From the human T2T-CHM13v2.0 reference genome, Homo sapiens, in assembly GCF_009914755.1 (NCBI RefSeq), contig NC_060937.1: a DNA stretch of 64,000 nucleotides; one strand, written 5' to 3'. This document shows, piece after piece, positions 55,534 through 64,000 of this stretch. The notes beneath the pieces were generated by a model. The model did not search any database, was not told the DNA's origin, and saw nothing but the letters and a program-made list of their open reading frames with translations. Both the position numbers and the translations under genes were made by a program. Position 1 is the first letter of the stretch. The number at the start of each line of letters is the position of its first letter.

Positions 55534-56857
55534 GTGGCTGGCAAAATGGCTGAATAGAAACAGCTCTGGTCTGCAGCTCCCAGCGAGATCAATGCAGAAG
55601 ATGGGTGATTTCTGCATTTCCAACTGAGGTACACGGCTCATCTCATTGGGACTGGTTGGACAATGGGTGCAGCCCATGGAGGGTGAGCCAAAGCAGGGTG
55701 GGGTATTGCCTCACCCAGAAAGTGCAAGGGGTTGGGGAACCCTCTCCCCTAGCCAAGGGAAGCCATGAGGGACTGTGCCGTGAGGAATGGTGCATTCCAG
55801 CCCAGATACTATACTTTTCCCCTGTATTTGCAACCTGCAGACCAGAAGATTCCCTCAGGTGCCTACACCACCAGGGACCTTGGTTTCAAGCACAAAAATG
55901 GGCAGCTGTTTGGGCAGACACCGAGCTAGATGCACAAGTTTTTAATATACCCCAGTGGTGTCTGGAATACCAGCGAGAGAGAACCATTCACTCCACCGGA
56001 AAGGGTGCTGAAGCCAGGGAACAAAGTAGTCTAGCTCAGTGCGTTCCACTCCCATGGAGGCTGGCAAGCTAAGATCTGCTGGTTTAAAATACTTGCTGCC
56101 AGCACAGCAGTCTGAAGTTGACATGAGATACTCAAGTTTGGTTAGGGGAGGGGCATCCACCATTACTGAGGATTGAGTAGGCAGTTTTCCCCTCACAGTG
56201 TAAACAAAGCCACCTGGAAGTTCAGACTGGGTGGAGTCCTCTGCAGCTCAGCAAAGCCACTGTAGCCACACTGCCTGTCTAGATTTCTCCTCTCTCGGCA
56301 GGGCATCTCTGAAAGAAAGGCAGCAGCTTCAGTCAGGAGCTTATAGATAAAACTCACATCTCCCTGGGACAGAGCACCTGGGGGAAGGAGTGGCTGTGGG
56401 TGCAGCTTCAGCAGACTTAAACATTTGTGCCTGCCAGCTCTGAAGACAGCAGTGGATCCCCAAGCACAGCGCTTGAGCTCTGCTAAGGGACAGACTGCCT
56501 CCTCAGGTGGGTCCCTGACCTCCGTGCCTCCTAACTGGGAGACACCTCCAGCTTCTGCAGACACTTCATACAGGAGAGCTCTGAATGGCAGCTGGTGGGT
56601 GCCCCTCTGGGATGAAGCTTCCAGATGAAGGAACAGGCAGCAATCTTTGCTGTTCTGCAGCCTCCGCTGGTGATACCCAGGCAAACAGGGTCTAGAGTGG
56701 ACCTCCAGTAAACTCCAGCAGATCTGCATCAGAGGAGCCGGACTGTTGGAAAAACTAACAAACAGAAAGGAATAGCATCAACATCAACATAAAGGGTGCC
56801 CACCCAAAAACCCCATCTGAAGGTCACCAACATCAAAGACCAAAGGTAGATAAATCC

Positions 56858-57880
56858 ATGAAGATGAGAAAAACCGGTGCAAAAAGGTGGAAAATTCCAA
56901 AAACCAGAATGCCTCTTCTCCTCCAAAGGATCACAACTCCTCATCAGCAAGGGAACAAAGCTGGAAGGAGAATGAGTGACAAATTGACAGAAGTAGGCTT
57001 GAGAAGGTGGATAATAACAAACTCCTTCAAGCTAAAGGAACATGTTCTAACCCAATGCCAGGAAGCTAAGAAGCTTGAAAAAAGGTTAGAGGAATTGCTA
57101 ACTAGAATAACCAGTTTAGAGAAGAACATAAATGACCTGATGGAGCTGAAAAACACAGCATGAGAATTTCGTGAAACATATACAAGTATCAATAACTGAA
57201 TTGATCAAGCGAAAGAAAGGATGTCTGAGATTGAAGATCAACTTAATGAAATAAAGCATGAAGACAAGATTAAAGAAAGAAGAATAAAAAGGAACAAACA
57301 CAGGCTCCAAGAAATATGGGACTATGTGAAAAGACCAAACCTACGTTTGATTGGTGTACCTGAAAGTGATGGGGAGAATGGAACCAAGTTGGAAAACACT
57401 CTTCAGAATATTATCCAGGAGAACTTCCCCAACATAGCAAGGCATGCCAACATTCAAATTCAGGAAATACAGAGAACACCACCAAGATACTTCTCAAGAA
57501 GAGCAACCCCAAGACACATAATCGTCAGATTCACCAAGGTTGAAATGAAGGAAAATCTGTTAACAGCAGCTAGAGAGAAAGGTCAAGTTACCCACAAAGG
57601 GACGCCCACCAGACTAACAGCAGGTCTCACTGCAGAAACCTTATAAGCCAGAAGAGAGTGGGAGGCCAATATTCAACAATGTTAAATAATTTTCAACCAA
57701 GAATTTCATATCCAGCCAAACTAAGCTTCATAAGCAAAGGCAAATAAAATCCTTTACAGACAAGCGAATGCTGAGAGATTTTGTCACCACTGGGCCTGCC
57801 TTATAAGAGTTCCTGAAGGAAGCACTAAATATGGAAAGGAAAAATCAGTAGCAGCCACTGCAAAAACATATCAAATTGTA
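56858..57880 (+). pseudogene. Disrupted L1 ORF1p
   Basis: ORFs 56858-57163 and 57221-57646 give ORF1p coiled-coil and RRM peptides broken by stops and frameshifts. Confidence 0.85.
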
Positions 57881-57944
57881 TAGATTATCGACACTATGAA
57901 GAAACTGCATCAACTAACAAGCAAAATAACCAGCTAGCATCATA

Positions 57945-60900
57945 ATGACAGGATCAAAATCACACATAACAATATTAATCTTAAATGTAAATGGGCTAAA
58001 TGCCCCAATTAAAAGACTCAGACAGGCAAATTGGATAAAGAGTCAAGACCCATGGGTGTGCTGTATTCAGGAGACCCATCTCATGAGCAAAGACACACAT
58101 AGGCTCAAAATAAAAGGATGGAGGAATATTTCCAAGCAAATGGAAAGCAAAAAAAAAAAAAAAAAAAAAAAAAGAAGGGTTGCAATCCTAGTCTCTGATA
58201 AAACAGACTTTAAACCAACAAAGATCAGAAAAGAGGAAGAAGGGCATTACATAATGGTAAAGGGATCAATGCAACAAGAAGAGCTAACTATTCAAAATAT
58301 ATATGCACCCAATACAGGAGCACCCAGATTCATAAAGCAAGTTCTTAGAGACCTACAAAGGGACTTAGACTCCCACACAATAATAATGGGAGACTGTAAC
58401 ACCCCACTGTCAATATTAGACAGGTCAACGAGACAGAAAATTAACAAAGATATTCAGGACTTAAACTCAGCTCTGGACCAAGCAGGCCTAATAGACATCT
58501 AAAAAACTTTCCACCCCAAATCAACAGAATATACATTCTTCTCAGCACCACATAGCGCTTATTCTAAAATTGACAACATAATTGGAAGTAAAATACTCCT
58601 CAGCAAATGCAAAAGAAAAATCATAACAAACAGTCTCTCAGACCACAGTGCAATCAAATTTGGACTCAGGAGTAAGAAACTCACTCAAAACCACACAACT
58701 ACATAGAAGCTGAACAACCTGCTCCTGAATGACTACTGGGTAAATAACAAAATGAAGGCAGAAATAAATAAGTTCTTTAAAACCAATGAGAACAAAGACA
58801 CAACATACCAGAATATCTGGGACACAGCTAAAGAAGTGTTTAGAGGAAAATTTATAACTAAATGCCCACAGAAGAAAGTGGAAAAGATCTAAAATCAACA
58901 CACTAACATCACAATTAAAAGAACTAGAGAAGCAAGAGCAAACAAATTCAAAAGCTAGCAGAAGACAAGAAATAACTAAGATCAGCACAGAACTGAAGGA
59001 CATAGAGACATGAAAAACCACTCAAAAAATCAATGAATCCAGGAGCTGTTTTTTAAAAAAAAAATCAACAAAATTGATAGACTGATAGCCAGACTAATAA
59101 AGAAGAAAAGAGAGAAGAATCAAATAGACACAATAAAAAAATTATAAAGGGGATATCACCACCAATCCCACAGAAATACAAACTACCATCAGAGAATACT
59201 ATAAACATCTCTACACAAATAAACTAGAAAATCTAGAAGAAATGGATAAATGCCTGGACACATACACCCTTCCAAGACTAAACCAGGAAGAAGTTAAATC
59301 CCTGAATAGACCAAAAACAAGTTCTGAAATTGAGGCAGTAATTAATAGCCTACCAACCAAAAAAAGTCCAGGACCAGATGGATTCACAGCTGCATTCTAC
59401 CAGAGGTACAAAGAGAAGCTGGTACCATACCTTCTGAAACTATTTCAAATAATAGAAAAAGAGGGACTCCTCCCTAACTCATCTTATGAGGACAACATCA
59501 TCCTGATACTAACACCTGGCAGGGACAAAACAAAAAAAGAAAATTTCAGGCCAATATCACTGATGACCATCGATGTGAAAATTCTCAATAAAATACTGGC
59601 AAACTGAATCCAGCAGCACATCAAAAAGCTTATCCACCATGATCACGTCAGCTTCATCCGTGGGATGCAAGGCTAGTTCAACATATCCAAATCAATAAAT
59701 GCAATCCATCACATAAACAGAACCAATGACAAAACCACATGATTATCTCAATAGATGCAGAATAGGCCTTTGATAAAATTCAACACCCCTTCATGCTAAA
59801 ATCTCTGAATAAACTAGGTATTGATGGAATGTATCTCAAAATAGAGTTATTTATGACAAACCCACAGGTAATATCATACTGAATGAGTAAAAGCTGGAAG
59901 CATTCCCTTTGAAAACCAGCACAAGACAAGGATGCCTTCTCTCACCACTCCTATTCAACATAGTATTAAAAGTTCTGGCCAGGGCAATCAGGCAAGAGAA
60001 AGAAATAAATGGTATTCGGTGGGTGATGTTCCCCTCCCTGTGTCAATGTGTTCTCATTGCTCAACTCCCACTTATGAGTGAGAACATGTGGTGTTTGGTT
60101 TTCTCTTCTTGTGTTACTTTGCTGAGAATGATGGTTTCCAGTTTCATCCATGTCCCTGTAAAGGACATGGACTCATCCTCTTTTATGGTTGCATGGTATT
60201 TCATGGTGTATATGTGCCATATTTTCTTTATCCACTCTATCATTGATGGGCATTTGGGTTGGTTCCAAGACTGCTCTTGTGAACAGTTCCACAATAAACA
60301 TACAGATGCATGTGCCTTTATAGTAGAATGATTTATAATCCTTTGGGTATATACCCAGGATTGCTGAGTAAAATTTCTAGTTCTACATCCTTGAGGAATC
60401 AACACACTGTCTTCCACAATGGATGAACTAGTTTACAGTCCCACCAACAGTGTAAAAGTGTTCCTATTTCTCTACATCCTCTCTGGCACCTGTTGTTTCC
60501 TGACTTTTTAATGATCATCATTCTAACTGGTGTGAGATGGTATCTCATTGTGCTTTTTTCTTATGAAACCAAAAAAGTGCCCATATAGCCAAGACAATTC
60601 TAAGCAAAAAGAACAAAGCTGGAGGCATCATACTACCTGACTTTAAACTATACTACAAGGCTACAGTAAACAAAACAGCATAGTACTGGTTTCAAAACAG
60701 ATATAGACCAATGGAATAGAACAGGGGCCTCAGAAATAATGCTGCACATCTACAATCATCTGATCTTTGACTAACCTGACAAAAACAACCAATGGGGAAA
60801 TTATTCCCTATTTAATAAATGGTGTTGGGAAAACTGGCTAGCCATATGCAGAAAACTGAAACCGGACCCCTTTCTTACAGCTTACACAAAAATTAACTCA

Positions 60901-61845
60901 AGGTGGATTAAAGACTTAAACATAAGACCTAAAACCATAAAATTCCTAGAAGAAAACCTAGGCAACACCATTCAGGACATAGGCATGGGCAAAGACTTCA
61001 TGACTAAAACATCAAAAGCAATGGCAACACAACCCAGAATTGACAAATGGGATCTAATTAAACTAAAGAGCTTCTGCACAGTAAAAGAAACTATCATCAG
61101 AGGGAACAGGCAACTTACAGAATGGGAGAAAAACTTTGCAATCTACCCATCTGACAAAGGGCTAACATCCAGAATCTACAGAGAACTTAACCAAATGTAC
61201 AAGAAAAAAACAAACAACCCCAACAAAAAGTGGGTGAAGGAAACGAACAGACAATTCTCAAAAGAAGACATTTATGCAGCCAACAAACATGAAAAAATGC
61301 TCATCATCACTGGTCATTAGAGAAATGCAAATCAAAACCACAATGAGATACCGTCTCATGCCAGTTAGAATGGTGATCATCAAAAAGCCAAGAAACAACA
61401 GATGCTGGAGAGGATGTGAAGAAATAGGAATGCTTTTACACTGTTGGTGGGAGTGTAAATTAGTTCAACCATTGTGGAAGACAGTGTGGCGATTCCTCGA
61501 GTATATAGAACCAGAAATACCTTTTGACCCAGCAATCCCATTTCTGGGTATATATCGAAGGGATTATAAATCATTCCACTATAAAGACACATGCACATGC
61601 ATGTTTATTGCAACACTAATCACAATAGCAAAGATTTAGAACCAACCCAGATGCCCATCATTGATAAACTGGATAAAGAAAATGTGTCACATATACACCA
61701 TGAAATACTATGCAACCATAAAAGAGGATGAGTTCATGTTCTTTGCAGGGACATGGATGAAGCTGGAAACCATCCTTCTCAGCAAACTAACACAGAAACA
61801 GAAAATCAAACACCACATGTTCTCACTCATAAGTGGGAGGGGATC
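57945..61845 (+). pseudogene. Disrupted L1 ORF2p (endonuclease/RT), RT core deleted
   Basis: Endonuclease domain in ORF 57945-58502, further pieces at 59242, 59909, 60985, 61274 and 61661; no FADD motif, and sequence switches strand at 60018. Confidence 0.88.
60018..60552 (-). mobile_element. Inverted L1PA 3' segment (ORF2 C-terminus and start of 3'UTR) without poly(A) or TSD
   Basis: Minus-strand ORF 60061-60417 gives [22 protein letters not shown]...HMFSLISGS; homologous to about 61339-61887. Confidence 0.93.
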
Positions 61846-62042
61846 AATGAGAACACATGGACACAGGGCGGGGAACATCACACAACAGGGCCTGTTGGGG
61901 GTGGGGGTGATAGAGGAGGGATAGCATTAGGAGAAATACCTAATATAGATGACAGGTTGACGGGTGCAGCAAACCACCATAGCCAGTGTATACATATGTT
62001 AACAAACCTGCATGTTCTGCACATGTATCCCAGAACTGAAAG

Positions 62043-62043
<1 letters not shown>

Positions 62044-62086
<43 letters not shown>
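62044..62086. repeat. (TAA)n microsatellite forming the L1PA7 tail
   Basis: About 14 perfect TAA units directly after aaagta. Confidence 0.95.
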
Positions 62087-62088
<2 letters not shown>

Positions 62089-62098
62089 GACATTGTCA

Positions 62099-62690
62099 AT
62101 AGAATTAAAAGTAACAGGTTGGGGAAAATATTTGCAAAGGAAATATTACATAACGGACTGTGATCCAAAGTATACAAAAAAATTGTAAAACTCAACCATA
62201 GGACAACAAACAACCCATTAAACATTGAGCCAAAGACCTTAACAAACATATCCACAAATAAGATATACAAATGGCAAATACACATGAAAAGATACTCTAT
62301 ATCATATGTCATCAAATAAATATTAAAACAAACAGGAAGATACCAGTACACGCCATTAGAATAACCACGAGATAGAACCCTGACACCACCAAATGCTGAC
62401 AAGGGTGTGGACCCACAGTAACTCTTTTCATTGCTGATTGAAATGCAAAATGGCACAGCCTCTTTGGAATAGTTTGGCAGTTTCTTGTGAAACTAAACAT
62501 ACTCCTTACCATACAATCTGAAAAATAGCACTCCTTGTTATTTATCCAAACGTATTGAAATCCTATGTCCCCAAAAACTCTATGCATGGATGTTTGTAGC
62601 AGCTTTGTTCTTAATTACCTAAAATTTGGAAGTAACCAAGATGCCCTTTAGTAGGTGAATGTAGAAATAAATGATAGAACATCCAGAATT
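62099..62690 (+). mobile_element. L1MC-like ORF2 end (right part of host)
   Basis: caccaccaaatgctgacaagggtgtgg, tttggcagtttcttgtgaaactaaacatactc, aaccaagatgccctttagtaggtgaatg. Confidence 0.82.
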
Positions 62691-62944
62691 AGGAACTGAA
62701 GTTTTAAATTTATTTTATTTTATTTTATTCCAGTTTATTTAAATAGTGACTACAGTGTTGGACAGGACAGTTTTATAATATGCTAAGAACTAAACAGTGA
62801 TGTAGTAAAAATAAGTACATATGAGATTTGAAAACAGTAGGCAGAGATAAATATTTTTTCCTTTAATATTATACAGTATTTTTCCAATTTTAAGTTTACT
62901 GCATGCATTTTTATTAAAATAATATTTTACAAACATATATTTGT

Positions 62945-63070
62945 TTTATATATCCCATGCTAGACACTTTGTACACATTATCTCTTTGATCAAAAAAGCA
63001 ATGTGTATGATTTGTAATACGACTCCTATTTTATATATGAATGAATTCCAGAGTGGTTAATAACTTTAAT
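62945..63070 (-). mobile_element. MIR fragment
   Basis: atgctagacactttgtacacattatctc...ctcctattttatatatga...gagtggttaataactt. Confidence 0.45.
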
Positions 63071-64000
63071 CTTTGAATTGAAACAGATAATGCTATCTAG
63101 TGAAATATCTAGTAAATGGGAATTATTCAGAAAATTTATATGTGAATAAATGAACATGTATAGAGATAAATAAATTTGCATTTTGGGGGGGTAAGCTTGT
63201 GTAAATTTGCATTCCAGTATACAAATACACCTTTATCTCTGTTTGAAAGTGTATAACATGCTTTTTCTTTATTTATCGATCTCCTCCTATAATAAAACAA
63301 AAGCTACCTTGTCATGGGTAAGACAATTAGCCTCTCCTATAGGAATTATCTCTGATTGTAGAATGGACATAGAACTGTAAAAATTGGAAGGCTGAGATTA
63401 GAAAATTTTATTAATGTAAAATCCTCATTTAATGCCTTAGATAAAGGGGAGGTACAGTAGACTATAATGGCTGGTATTATTATTTTTCTTATTTTGTTAC
63501 ATAATTTGGCACACATAAAGAAAAAAAGTGCTGATAATCCTTGATACGTATTCTTGAATTTTTACACTGACATTGTGATGAACTTTTAAACTTTCATTAC
63601 TGAACTGCAAATTTAAATCTAATTTGTAGCTTTTGGATATTTCAATATATTTTTCAGCTTTGTTTTTAAGATTTCCCTTTATATTAAATATATCTGTCAT
63701 AGATACTCTGTCACTGGGTATAAGAGCTTCTTTATTTTACAAATGATTCATGCTATATTATTTGCTCATATCTCTAACACATCTCATTTCCTTTCCATTT
63801 CTCTCTGTTTTTAGTGATGTTCAAGGCTGACAATTTAGGATAATAAGTTATTTTAGTTAAAGATCTGTTTACTATCTTTTTCTGAATCAATGTGATTGAG
63901 GATCTCATGGATGACTTTTTCAATATGAAACAAATTCAATACTAGTGATAAAGAGCTGTGCGTTGATGTCATGCTGAAACTCTGCTGTAGCAATCCTCTG

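Larger units (their letters stand above)
55534..62083 (+). mobile_element. Full-length L1PA7-like LINE-1 (about 6.55 kb), inactive, with internal inverted replacement
   Basis: 5'UTR gtggctggcaaaatggctgaatagaaacagctc; ORF1 and ORF2 peptides ([54 protein letters not shown]); L1PA6/7-type 3'UTR; 15-bp TSD TAAAAGACATTGTCA at 55519-55533 and 62084-62098. Confidence 0.95.

Noticed and set aside
59909-60331. 140-aa chimeric ORF reading from ORF2 RT into the inverted block
   Set aside because: Starts at a non-ATG codon downstream of many stops; chance open frame across the junction.
61753-62456. ORFs with poly-isoleucine tracts on both strands
   Set aside because: Translation of the (TAA)n L1 tail.

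Overview
This is AT-rich, gene-poor primate genomic DNA, most likely human or another ape given the AluY, LTR12C and L1PA7-like elements. I found no credible protein-coding gene, tRNA, rRNA or CRISPR array. The ORF track is explained by decayed L1 ORF1/ORF2, ERVL gag, Alu/LTR frames and microsatellites. The window is a stack of interspersed repeats: old L1M/L2/MIR fragments, MER DNA transposons, solo LTRs (THE1D, MLT2B, LTR12C) with intact target-site duplications (TSDs), about ten Alu-family SINEs and one full-length L1PA7-like element. The strongest anomaly is in that L1: its reverse-transcriptase core is replaced by an inverted copy of an L1 3' segment, and the two arms share a short near-identical patch of non-consensus bases. 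Other points of note are a CpG-rich LTR12C promoter upstream of an inverted Alu pair and a MADE1 hairpin, a left-left (FLAM-FLAM) Alu dimer inside one TSD, and two Alu-family copies with tandem duplication of the same segment. Subfamily names come from recalled consensus sequences, not from a search. Boundaries of old repeats are approximate.
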